DNA of 64,000 nucleotides from Eledone cirrhosa (GCA_964016885.1 OZ024741.1:257920001-257984000), one strand, 5' to 3'; positions 1 through 12,780 are shown, numbered from the stretch's first letter. The notes: a model not told the origin generated them from the sequence alone. Numbers and translations are program-made.

Positions 1-522
1 TTTGACTTACGGGTGTTTCGGCTTACGAGTGTTTTGACTTAAGGGTGTTTCGACTTACGAGTATTTTTGGCTTACGAGTGTTTCGACTTACGAGTGTTTT
101 GAATTACGAGTGTTCTTATTTACGGATGTTTCGACATACGAGTGTTCAGACTTACGAGTGTTCCGACTTACGAGTGTTTCGGCTTACGAGTGTTTCGGCT
201 CAAGAGTGTTTCGACTTACGAGTGTTTCGACTTACGAGTGTTTCGACTTACGAGTGTTTCGACTTACGAGTGTTTCGACTTACGAGTGTTTTGACTTACG
301 GTGTTTCGGCTTACGAGTGTTTCGACTTACGAGTGTTTTGACTTACTGGTGTTTTGACATACGAGTGTTTCGATACGAGTGTTTCGACTTACGAGTGTTC
401 TGACTTACGAGTGTTCTAACTTACGAGTGTTCTGACTTACGAGTGTTCTGACTTACGAGTGTTCCGACTTACGAGTGTTTCGGCTCACGAGTGTTTCGGC
501 TTACGAGTGTTTCGACTTACGA

Positions 523-591
523 AAATAACAAATAGACGCGGTTTCAAATCTCTATGCTTTTCAAATTCATTACATTAATCTTTATTTATAC
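523..591 (+). repeat. 69-bp interspersed element, type A (ends TTTATAC); representative of 29 copies
   Basis: Sequence AAATAACAAATAGACGCGGTTTCAAATCTCTATGCTTTTCAAATTCATTACATTAATCTTTATTTATAC, with 17/69 G+C. Confidence 0.97.
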
Positions 592-3500
592 GTTTCGCTT
601 TACGAGTGTTTCGACTTACGAGTGTTTCGACTTACGAGTGTTTCGGCTTACGAGTGTTTTGACTTACGAGTGTTTTGACTTACATGTGTTTCGACTTACG
701 CGTGTTTCGACTTACGAGTGTTTCGACTTGCGAGTGTTTCGACTACGGGTGTTTCGACTTACGAATGTTTTGACTTACGGATGTTTTGACTTACGGGTGT
801 TTCGGCTTACGAGTGTTTCGACTTACGAGTGTTTCGACTTACGAGTGTTTTGACTTACGAGTGTTTCGGCTTACGATTGTTTCGACTTACGAATGTTTTT
901 GCTTACGAGTGTTTCGACTTACGAGTGTTTTGATTTACGGTGTTTCGGCTTACGAGTGTTTCGACTTACGAGTGTTTTGACTTACGGGTGTTTTGACATA
1001 CGAGTGTTTCGATACGAGTGTTCTGACTTACGAGTGTTCTGACTTACGAGTGTTCTGACTTACGAGTGTTCTGACATACGTGTGTTCTGACTTACGAGTG
1101 TTCCGATTTACGAGTGTTTCGGCTTATGAGTGTTTCGACTTACGAATGTTTTTGCTTACGGGTGTTTCGACTTACGAATGTTTTTGCTTACGAGTGTTTC
1201 GGCTTACGAGTGTTTCGACTTACGATAATAACAAATAGACGCGGTTTCAAATCTCTATGCTTTTCAAATTCATTACATTAATCTTTATTTACACGTTTCG
1301 CTTTACGAGTGTTTCGACTTACGAGTGTTTCGACTTACGAGTGTTTCGACTTACGAGTGTTTCGACTTACGAGTGTTCTGACTTACGAGTGTTCTGACTT
1401 ACGAGTGTTTCGACTTACGAGTGTTCTGACTTACGAGTGTTCTGACTTACGAGTGTTCCGACTTACGAGTGTTTCGACTTACGAGTGTTTCGACTTACGA
1501 GTGTTTCGACTTACGAGTGTTTCGGCTTACGAGTGTTTTGACTTACGAGTGTTCTGACTACGAGTGTTCTGACTTACGAGTGTTTCGGCTTATGAGTGTT
1601 TCGACTCACGAGTGTTTCGGCTTATGAGTGTTTCGACTTACGAGTGTTTCGGCTTACGAGTGTTTCGACTTACGAGTGTTTCGACTTACGAGTGTTTCGA
1701 CTTACGGGTGTTTCGACTTACGAGTGTTTCGACTACGAGTGTTTCGACTTACGAGTGTTTCGGCTTACGAGTGTTTCGACTTACTAATGTTTTTACTTAC
1801 GAGTGTTTCGGTGTACGAGTGTTTCGACTTAAGGATGTTTCGATTTACGAGTGTTTCGACTTACGAGTGTTTCGGCTTACGTGAGTTTCGACTTAAGAGT
1901 GTTCTGATTTACGAGTGTTCTGACTTGCGGGTGTTCTGATTTACGAGTGTTCCGACTTACGAGTGTTTCGGCTTATGAGTGTTTCGACTTACGAGTGTTT
2001 CGGCTTACGAGTGTTTCACCTTATGGGTGTTTCGACTTATGAGTGTTTTTACTTATGGTGTTTCGGCTTCCGAGTGTTTCGACATACGAGTGTTTTGACT
2101 TACGGGTGTTTCGGCTTACGAGTGTTTCGACTTACGAGTGTTTCGGCTTACGAGTGTTTCGACTTACTAATGTTTTTACTTACGAGTGTTTCGGCGTACG
2201 AGAGTTTTGACTTACGAGTGTTTCGACTTACGAGTATTTCGACTTACGAGTATTTTGACTTACGAATGTTTTGACTTACGGGTGTTTCGGCTTACGAGTG
2301 TTTCGACTTACGAGTCTTTCGGCTTACGAGTGTTTCGACTTACTAATGTTTTTACTTACGAGTGTTTCGGCGTACGAGTGTTTCGACTTACGAGTGTTTC
2401 GACTTACGGGTGTTTTGACTTACGGGTGTTTCGGCTTACGAGTGTTTTGACTTAAGGGTGTTTCGACTTACGAGTATTTTGGGCTTACGAGTGTTTCGAC
2501 TTACGAGTGTTTTGACTTACGAGTGTTCTGATTTACGGATGTTTCGACATACGAGTGTTCAGACTTACGAGTGTTCCGACTTACGAGTGTTTCGGCTTAC
2601 GAGTGTTTCGGCTCACGAGTGTTTCGACTTACGAGTGTTTCGACTTACGAGTGTTTTGACTTACGGTGTTTCGGCTTACGAGTGTTTCGACTTACGAGTG
2701 TTTTGACTTACTGGTGTTATGACATACGAGTGTTTCGATACGAGTGTTTCGACTTACGAGTGTTCTGACTTACGAGTGTTCTAACTTACGAGTGTTCTGA
2801 CTTACGAGTGTTCTGACTTACGAGTGTTCCGACTTACGAGTGTTTCGGCTCACGAGTGTTTCGGCTTAGGAGTGTTTCGACTTACGAAAATAACAAATAG
2901 ACGCGGTTTCAAATCTCTATGCTTTTCAAATTCATTACATTAATCTTTATTTATACGTTTCGCTTTACGAGTGTTTCGACTTACGAGTGTTTCGGCTTAC
3001 GAGTGTTTTGACTTACGAGTGTTTTGACTTACATGTGTTTCGACTTACGCGTGTTTCGACTTACGAGTGTTTCGACTTAAGAGTGTTTCGGATTACGAGT
3101 GTTTTGACTTGAGGGTGTTTCGACTTACGAGTGTTTCGATACGAGTGTTTCGACTTACGAGTGTTCTGACTTACGAGTGTTCTGATTTACGGATGTTTCG
3201 ACACACGAGTGTTTCGAATTACGAGTGTTTCGACTTACGAGTGTTTTGACTTACGGGTGTTTTGACATACGAGTGTTTCGATACGAGTGTTTCGACTTAC
3301 GAGTGTTCTGACTTACGAGTGTTCTGACTTACGAGTGTTCTAACTTACGAGTGTTCTTACTTACGAGTGTTCCGACTTACGAGTGTTCCGACTTATGAGT
3401 GTTTCGGCTTACGAGTGTTTTAATTTACGAGTGTTTTGACTTACGGGTGCTTCGACTTACGCGTGTTTCGACTTACGAGTGTTTCGACTTACGAGTGTTT

Positions 3501-4319
3501 CGACTTACGATTGTTTCGGCTTACGAGTGTTTTGACTTACGAGTGTTCTGACTACGAGTGTTCTGACTTACGTGTGTTCTGACTTACGAGTGTTCCGACT
3601 TACGAGTGTTTCGGCTTATGAGTGTTTCGACTTACGAGTGCTTCGACTTACGAGTGTTTCGGCTTACGGGTGTTTCGACTTACGAATGTTTTTGCTTACG
3701 AGTGTTTCGGCTTACCACTGTTTAGGCTTATGAGTGTTTCGACTTACGAGTGTTTTGACTTACGGGTGTTTTGACATACGAGTGTTTCGATACGAGTGTT
3801 CTGACTTACGAGTGTTTCCGCTTACGAGTGTTTCGGCTTACGAGTGTTTCGACTTACTAATGTTTTTACTTACGAGTGTTTCGGTGTACGAGTGTTTCGA
3901 CTTAAGGATGTTTCGACTTACGGGTGTTTCGGCTTACGAGTGTTTCGACTTACGAGTGTTTTGACTTACGAGTGTTCTGACTTACGAGTGTTCTGACTTA
4001 TGAGTGTTCCGACTTACGAGTGTTCCGACTTACGAGTGTTTCGGCTTATGAGTGTTTCGACTTACGGGCGTTTCGACTTACGGGTGTTTCGACTTACAAG
4101 TTTTTTGACTTACGAGTGTTCTGACTTACGAGTGTTCTGACTTACGAGTGTTCCGACTTACGACTGTTTCGACTTACGAGTGTTTTGACTTACGAGTGTT
4201 CCGACTTACGAGTGTTTCGGCTTACGGGTGTTTCGACGTACGAGTATTTTTGGCTTACGAGTGTTTCGACTTACGAGTGTTTTGAATTACGATTGTTTCG
4301 GCTTACGAGTGTTTCGACT

Positions 4320-7300
4320 TACGAGTATTTCGACTTACGAGTGTTTTGACTTATGGGTGTTTGACATACGAGTGTTTCGATACGAATGCTCTGACCTACG
4401 AGTGTTCTGACTTACGAGTGTTCTGACTTACGAGTGTTCTGACTTACGGGTGTTCTGACTTACGTGTGTTCCGACTTACGAGTGTTTCGGCTATGGGTGT
4501 TTCGACTTACGAGTGTTTCGACTTACGAATGTTTTGGCTTACGAGTGTTTCGGCTTACGAGTGTATCGACTTACGAATGTTTTGGCTTACGAGTGTTTCG
4601 GCTTACGGGTGTTTCGACTTACGAGTGTTTCGACTTACGAGTGTTTTGACTTACGGTGTTTCGGCTTATGAGTTATTCGACATACGAGTGTTTCGACTTA
4701 CGGGTGTTTCGACTTACGGGTGTTTCGACTTATGAGTGTTTCGACTTACGAGTGTTCTGACTTACGAGTGTGCTGACTTACGAGTGTTCCGACTTACGAG
4801 TGTTTAGGTTTACGAGTGTTTCGACACATGAGTGTTTTGACTTACGGGTGTTTCGACTTACGGGTGTTTCGACTTACGAGTGTTTCGGCTTACGAGTGTT
4901 TCGACTTACTAATGTTTTTACTTACGAGTGTTTCGGTGTACGAGTGTTTCGACTTAAGGATGTTTCGATTTACGAGTGTTTCGACTTACGAGTGTTTCGG
5001 CTTACGTGAGTTTCGACTTAAGAGTGTTCTGATTTACGAGTGTTCTGACTTGCGGGTGTTCTGATTTACGAGTGTTCCGACTTACGAGTGTTTCGGCTTA
5101 TGAGTGTTTCGACTTACGAGTGTTTCGGCTTACGAGTGTTTCACCTTATGGCTGTTTCGACTTACGAGTGTTTTTACTTATGGTGTTTCGGCTTCCGAGT
5201 GTTTCGACATACGAGTGTTTTGACTTACGGGTGTTTCGGCTTACGAGTGTTTCGACTTACGAGTGTTTCGGCTTACGAGTGTTTCGACTTACTAATGTTT
5301 TTACTTACGAGTGTTTCGGCGTACGAGAGTTTTGACTTACGAGTGTTTCGACTTACGAGTGTTTCGACTTACGAGTATTTTGACTTACGAATGTTTTGAC
5401 TTACGGGTGTTTCGGCTTACGAGTGTTTCGACTTACGAGTCTTTCGGCTTACGAGTGTTTCGACTTACTAATGTTTTTACTTACGAGTGTTTCGGCGTAC
5501 GAGTGTTTCGACTTACGAGTGTTTCGACTTACGGGTGTTTTGACTTACGGGTGTTTCGGCTTACGAGTGTTTTGACTTAAGGGTGTTTCGACTTACGAGT
5601 GTTCTGATTTACGGATGTTTCGACATACGAGTGTTCAGACTTACGAGTGTTCCGACTTACGAGTGTTTCGGCTTACGAGTGTTTCGGCTCACGAGTGTTT
5701 CGACTTACGAGTGTTTTGACTTATTGGTGTTATGACATACGAGTGTTTCGATACGAGTGTTTCGACTTACGAGTGTTCTGACTTACGAGTGTTCTAACTT
5801 ACGAGTGTTCAGACTTACGAGTGTTCTGACTTACGAGTGTTCCGACTTACGAGTGTTTCGGCTCACGAGTGTTTCGGCTTACGAGTGTTTCGACTTACGA
5901 AAATAACAAATAGACGCGGTTTCAAATCTCTATGCTTTTCAAATTCATTACATTAATCTTTATTTATACGTTTCGCTTTACGAGTGTTTTGACTTACGAG
6001 TGTTTCGACTTACGAGTGTTTCGGCTTACGAGTGTTTTGACTTACGAGTGTTTTGACTTACATGTGTTTCGACTTACGCGTGTTTCGACTTACGAGTGTT
6101 TCGACTTGCGAGTGTTTCGACTACGGGTGTTTCGACTTACGAATGTTTTGACTTATGGATGTTTTGACTTACGGGTGTTTCGGCTTACGAGTGTTTCGAC
6201 TTACGAGTGTTTCGACTTACGAGTGTTTTGACTTACGGGTGTTTTGACTTACGGTGTTTCGGCTTACGAGTGTTTCGACTTACGAGTGTTTCGACTTACG
6301 GGTGTTTTGACATACGAGTGTTTCGATACGAGTGTTCTGACTTACGAGTGTTCTGACTTACGAGTGTTCTGACTTACGAGTGTTCTGACTTACGAGTGTT
6401 CTGACATACGTGTGTTCTGACTTACGAGTGTTCCGATTTACGAGTGTTTCGGCTTATGAGTGTTTCAACTCACGTATGTTTTTGCTTACGGGTGTTTCGA
6501 CTTACGAATGTTTTTGCTTACGAGTGTTTCGACTTACGAAAATAACAAATAGACGCGGTTTCAAATCTCTATGCTTTTCAAATTCATTACATTAATCTTT
6601 ATTTACACGTTTCGCTTTACGAGTGTTTCGACTTACGAGTGCTTCGACTTACGAGTGTTTCGACTTACGAGTGTTTCGACTTACGAGTGTTTCGACTTAC
6701 GAGTGTTTCGACTTACGAGTGTTTTGACTTACGAGTGTTCTGACTTACGAGTGTTCTGACTTACGAGTGTTTCGACTTACGAGTGTTCTGACTTACGAGT
6801 GTTCCGACTTACGAGTGTTTCGACTTACGAGTGTTTCGACTTACGAGTGTTTCGACTTACGAGTGTTTCGGCTTACGAGTGTTTTGACTTACGAGTGTTC
6901 TGACTACGAGTGTTCTGACTTACGAGTGTTTCGGCTTATGAGTGTTTCGACTCACGAGTGTTTCGGCTTATGAGTGTTTCGACTTACGAGTGTTTCGGCT
7001 TACGAGTGTTTCGACTTACGAGTGTTTAGACTTACGAGTGTTTCGACTTACGGGTGTTTCGACTTACGAGTGTTTCGACTACGAGTGTTTCGACTTACGA
7101 GTGTTTCGGCTTACGAGTGTTTCGACATACGGGTGTTTCGACTTACGGTGTTTCGGCTTACGAGTGTTTGGACTTACGAGTGTTCTGACTTACGAGTGTT
7201 CTGACTTATGAGTGTTCTGACTTACGAGTGTTCTGACTTACGAGTGTTCCGACTTACGAGTGTTTCGGCTTACGAGTGTTTCGGCTTACGAGTGTTTCGA

Positions 7301-10300
7301 CTTACGAATGTTTCGACTTACGAGTGTTTCGACTTACGAGTGTTTAGGTTTACGAGTGTTTCGACACATGAGTGTTTTGACTTACGGGTGTTTCGACTTA
7401 CGGGTGTTTCGACTTATGAGTGTTTCGACTTACGAGTGTTCTGACTTACGAGTGTGCTGACTTACGAGTGTTCCGACTTACGAGTGTTTAGGTTTACGAG
7501 TGTTTCGACACATGAGTGTTTTGACTTACGGGTGTTTCGACTTACGGGTGTTTCGACTTACGAGTGTTTCGGCTTACGAGTGTTTCGACTTACTAATGTT
7601 TTTACTTACGAGTGTTTCGGTGTACGAGTGATTCGACTTAAGGATGTTTCGATTTACGAGTGTTTCGACTTACGAGTGTTTCGGCTTACGTGAGTTTCGA
7701 CTTAAGAGTGTTCTGATTTACGAGTGTTCTGACTTGCGGGTGTTCTGATTTACGAGTGTTCCGACTTACGAGTGTTTCGGCTTATGAGTGTTTCGACTTA
7801 CGAGTGTTTCGGCTTACGAGTGTTTCACCTTATGGCTGTTTCGACTTACGAGTGTTTTTACTTATGGTGTTTCGGCTTCCGAGTGTTTCGACATACGAGT
7901 GTTTTGACTTACGGGTGTTTCGGCTTACGAGTGTTTCGACTTACGAGTGTTTCGGCTTACGAGTGTTTCGACTTACTAATGTTTTTACTTACGAGTGTTT
8001 CGGCGTACGAGAGTTTTGATTTACGAGTGTTTCGACTTACGAGTGTTTCGACCTACGAGTATTTTGACTTACGAATGTTTTGACTTACGGGTGTTTCGGC
8101 TTACGAGTGTTTCGACTTACGAGTCTTTCGGCTTACGAGTGTTTCGACTTACTAATGTTTTTACTTACGAGTGTTTCGGCGTACGAGTGTTTCGACTTAC
8201 GAGTGTTTCGACTTACGAGTGTTTTGACTTAAGGGTGTTTCGACTTACGAGTATTTTGGGCTTACGAATGTTTCGACTTACGAGTGTTTTGACTTACGAG
8301 TGTTCTGATTTACGGATGTTTCGACATACGAGTGTTCAGACTTACGAGTGTTCCGACTTACGAGTGTTTCGGCTTACGAGTGTTTCGGCTCACGAGTGTT
8401 TCGACTTACGAGTATTTCGACTTACGAGTGTTTTGACTTACGGTGTTTCGGCTTACGAGTGTTTCGACTTACGAGTGTTTTGACTTACTGGTGTTATGAC
8501 ATACGAGTGTTTCGATACGAGTGTTTCGACTTACGAGTGTTCTGACTTACGAGTATTTCGACTTACGAGTGTTTTGACTTATGGGTGTTTGACATACGAG
8601 TGTTTCGATACGAATGCTCTGACCTACGAGTGTTCTGACTTACGAGTGTTCTGACTTACGAGTGTTCTGACTTACGGGTGTTCTAACTTACGTGTGTTCC
8701 GACTTACGAGTGTTTCGGCTATGGGTGTTTCGACTTACGAGTGTTTCGACTTACGAATGTTTTGGCTTACGAGTGTTTCGGCTTACGAGTGTATCGACTT
8801 ACGAATGTTTTGGCTTACGAGTGTTTCGGCTTACGGGTGTTTCGACTTACGAGTGTTTCGACTTACGAGTGTTTTGACTTACGGTGTTTCGGCTTATGAG
8901 TTATTCGACATACGAGTGTTTCGACTTACGGGTGTTTCGACTTACGGGTGTTTCGACTTATGAGTGTTTCGACTTACGAGTGTTCTGACTTACGAGTGTG
9001 CTGACTTACGAGTGTTCCGACTTACGAGTGTTTAGGTTTACGAGTGTTTCGACACATGAGTGTTTTGACTTACGGGTGTTTCGACTTACGGGTGTTTCGA
9101 CTTACGAGTGTTTCGGCTTACGAGTGTTTCGACTTACTAATGTTTTTACTTACGAGTGTTTCGGTGTACGAGTGTTTCGACTTAAGGATGTTTCGATTTA
9201 CGAGTGTTTCGACTTACGAGTGTTTCGGCTTACGTGAGTTTCGACTTAAGAGTGTTCTGATTTACGAGTGTTCTGACTTGCGGGTGTTCTGATTTACGAG
9301 TGTTCCGACTTACGAGTGTTTCGGCTTATGAGTGTTTCGACTTACGAGTGTTTCGGCTTACGAGTGTTTCACCTTATGGCTGTTTCGACTTACGAGTGTT
9401 TTTACTTATGGTGTTTCGGCTTCCGAGTGTTTCGACATACGAGTGTTTTGACTTACGGGTGTTTCGGCTTACGAGTGTTTCGACTTACGAGTGTTTCGGC
9501 TTACGAGTGTTTCGACTTACTAATGTTTTTACTTACGAGTGTTTCGGCGTACGAGAGTTTTGACTTACGAGTGTTTCGACTTACGAGTGTTTCGACTTAC
9601 GAGTATTTTGACTTACGAATGTTTTGACTTACGGGTGTTTCGGCTTACGAGTGTTTCGACTTACGAGTCTTTCGGCTTACGAGTGTTTCGACTTACTAAT
9701 GTTTTTACTTACGAGTGTTTCGGCGTACGAGTGTTTCGACTTACGAGTGTTTCGACTTACGGGTGTTTTGACTTACGGGTGTTTCGGCTTACGAGTGTTT
9801 TGACTTAAGGGTGTTTCGACTTACGAGTATTTTGGGCTTACGAGTGTTTCGACTTACGAGTGTTCTGATTTACGGATGTTTCGACATACGAGTGTTCAGA
9901 CTTACGAGTGTTCCGACTTACGAGTGTTTCGGCTTACGAGTGTTTCGGCTCACGAGTGTTTCGACTTACGAGTGTTTTGACTTATTGGTGTTATGACATA
10001 CGAGTGTTTCGATACGAGTGTTTCGACTTACGAGTGTTCTGACTTACGAGTGTTCTAACTTACGAGTGTTCAGACTTACGAGTGTTCTGACTTACGAGTG
10101 TTCCGACTTACGAGTGTTTCGGCTCACGAGTGTTTCGGCTTACGAGTGTTTCGACTTACGAAAATAACAAATAGACGCGGTTTCAAATCTCTATGCTTTT
10201 CAAATTCATTACATTAATCTTTATTTATACGTTTCGCTTTACGAGTGTTTTGACTTACGAGTGTTTCGACTTACGAGTGTTTCGGCTTACGAGTGTTTTG

Positions 10301-12780
10301 ACTTACGAGTGTTTTGACTTACATGTGTTTCGACTTACGCGTGTTTCGACTTACGAGTGTTTCGACTTGCGAGTGTTTCGACTACGGGTGTTTCGACTTA
10401 CGAATGTTTTGACTTATGGATGTTTTGACTTACGGGTGTTTCGGCTTACGAGTGTTTCGACTTACGAGTGTTTCGACTTACGAGTGTTTTGACTTACGGG
10501 TGTTTTGACTTACGGTGTTTCGGCTTACGAGTGTTTCGACTTACGAGTGTTTCGACTTACGGGTGTTTTGACATACGAGTGTTTCGATACGAGTGTTCTG
10601 ACTTACGAGTGTTCTGACTTACGAGTGTTCTGACTTACGAGTGTTCTGACTTACGAGTGTTCTGACATACGTGTGTTCTGACTTACGAGTGTTCCGATTT
10701 ACGAGTGTTTCGGCTTATGAGTGTTTCAACTCACGTATGTTTTTGCTTACGGGTGTTTCGACTTACGAATGTTTTTGCTTACGAGTGTTTCGACTTACGA
10801 AAATAACAAATAGACGCGGTTTCAAATCTCTATGCTTTTCAAATTCATTACATTAATCTTTATTTACACGTTTCGCTTTACGAGTGTTTCGACTTACGAG
10901 TGCTTCGACTTACGAGTGTTTCGACTTACGAGTGTTTCGACTTACGAGTGTTTCGACTTACGAGTGTTTCGACTTACGAGTGTTTTGACTTACGAGTGTT
11001 CTGACTTACGAGTGTTCTGACTTACGAGTGTTTCGACTTACGAGTGTTCTGACTTACGAGTGTTCCGACTTACGAGTGTTTCGACTTACGAGTGTTTCGA
11101 CTTACGAGTGTTTCGACTTACGAGTGTTTCGGCTTACGAGTGTTTTGACTTACGAGTGTTCTGACTACGAGTGTTCTGACTTACGAGTGTTTCGGCTTAT
11201 GAGTGTTTCGACTCACGAGTGTTTCGGCTTATGAGTGTTTCGACTTACGAGTGTTTCGGCTTACGAGTGTTTCGACTTACGAGTGTTTAGACTTACGAGT
11301 GTTTCGACTTACGGGTGTTTCGACTTACGAGTGTTTCGACTACGAGTGTTTCGACTTACGAGTGTTTCGGCTTACGAGTGTTTCGACATACGGGTGTTTC
11401 GACTTACGGTGTTTCGGCTTACGAGTGTTTGGACTTACGAGTGTTCTGACTTACGAGTGTTCTGACTTATGAGTGTTCTGACTTACGAGTGTTCTGACTT
11501 ACGAGTGTTCCGACTTACGAGTGTTTCGGCTTACGAGTGTTTCGGCTTACGAGTGTTTCGACTTACGAGTGTTTAGGTTTACGAGTGTTTCGACACATGA
11601 GTGTTTTGACTTACGGGTGTTTCGACTTACGGGTGTTTCGACTTATGAGTGTTTCGACTTACGAGTGTTCTGACTTACGAGTGTGCTGACTTACGAGTGT
11701 TCCGACTTACGAGTGTTTAGGTTTACGAGTGTTTCGACACATGAGTGTTTTGACTTACGGGTGTTTCGACTTACGGGTGTTTCGACTTACGAGTGTTTCG
11801 GCTTACGAGTGTTTCGACTTACTAATGTTTTTACTTACGAGTGTTTCGGTGTACGAGTGATTCGACTTAAGGATGTTTCGATTTACGAGTGTTTCGACTT
11901 ACGAGTGTTTCGGCTTACGTGAGTTTCGACTTAAGAGTGTTCTGATTTACGAGTGTTCTGACTTGCGGGTGTTCTGATTTACGAGTGTTCCGACTTACGA
12001 GTGTTTCGGCTTATGAGTGTTTCGACTTACGAGTGTTTCGGCTTACGAGTGTTTCACCTTATGGCTGTTTCGACTTACGAGTGTTTTTACTTATGGTGTT
12101 TCGGCTTCCGAGTGTTTCGACATACGAGTGTTTTGACTTACGGGTGTTTCGGCTTACGAGTGTTTCGACTTACGAGTGTTTCGGCTTACGAGTGTTTCGA
12201 CTTACTAATGTTTTTACTTACGAGTGTTTCGGCGTACGAGAGTTTTGATTTACGAGTGTTTCGACTTACGAGTGTTTCGACTTACGAGTATTTTGACTTA
12301 CGAATGTTTTGACTTACGGGTGTTTCGGCTTACAAGTGTTTCGACTTACGAGTCTTTCGGCTTACGAGTGTTTCGACTTACTAATGTTTTTACTTACGAG
12401 TGTTTCGGCGTACGAGTGTTTCGACTTACGAGTGTTTCGACTTACGAGTGTTTTGACTTAAGGGTGTTTCGACTTACGAGTATTTTGGGCTTACGAATGT
12501 TTCGACTTACGAGTGTTTTGACTTACGAGTGTTCTGATTTACGGATGTTTCGACATACGAGTGTTCAGACTTACGAGTGTTCCGACTTACGAGTGTTTCG
12601 GCTTACGAGTGTTTCGGCTCACGAGTGTTTCGACTTACGAGTATTTCGACTTACGAGTGTTTTGACTTACGGTGTCTCGGCTTACGAGTGTTTCGACTTA
12701 CGAGTGTTTTGACTTACTGGTGTTATGACATACGAGTGTTTCGATACGAGTGTTTCGACTTACGAGTGTTCTGACTTACG
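4320..12780 (+). repeat. Tandem duplication of a ~4.23-4.26-kb block (2 copies, junction near 8550)
   Basis: Matching ORF-track patterns at offsets 4228 (4464/8692, 5072/9300), 4261 (5932/10193, 6571/10832) and 4229 (7454/11683, 7995/12224). Confidence 0.9.
6540..6608 (+). repeat. 69-bp interspersed element, type B (ends TTTACAC); representative of 19 copies
   Basis: T>C near the 3' end relative to type A. A subvariant starting TAATAAC occurs at 1226, 16313, 21021 and 23544. Confidence 0.95.

Noticed and set aside
211-290. Structured RNA from UUCG/UACG (UNCG) tetraloops in each monomer (GU-UUCG-AC, ACU-UACG-AGU)
   Set aside because: Stems are only 2-3 bp, overlap each other and lack the C-G closing pair, so they are unlikely to be stable.
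540-552. Pol III B-box or tRNA fragment (GGTTTCAAATCTC)
   Set aside because: It has an extra T relative to GGTTCRANTCC, no A-box and no cloverleaf.
517-605. Element as a MITE/SINE with a TTACGA target-site duplication
   Set aside because: No terminal inverted repeats or poly(A) tail. The apparent duplication is just adjacent monomer sequence, and all copies share the same junction.
554-853. MLFKFITLIFIYTF... as a signal peptide of a secreted repeat-protein family
   Set aside because: Hydrophobicity is expected from T-rich DNA. Downstream lengths vary arbitrarily, and several copies stop before 60 aa.
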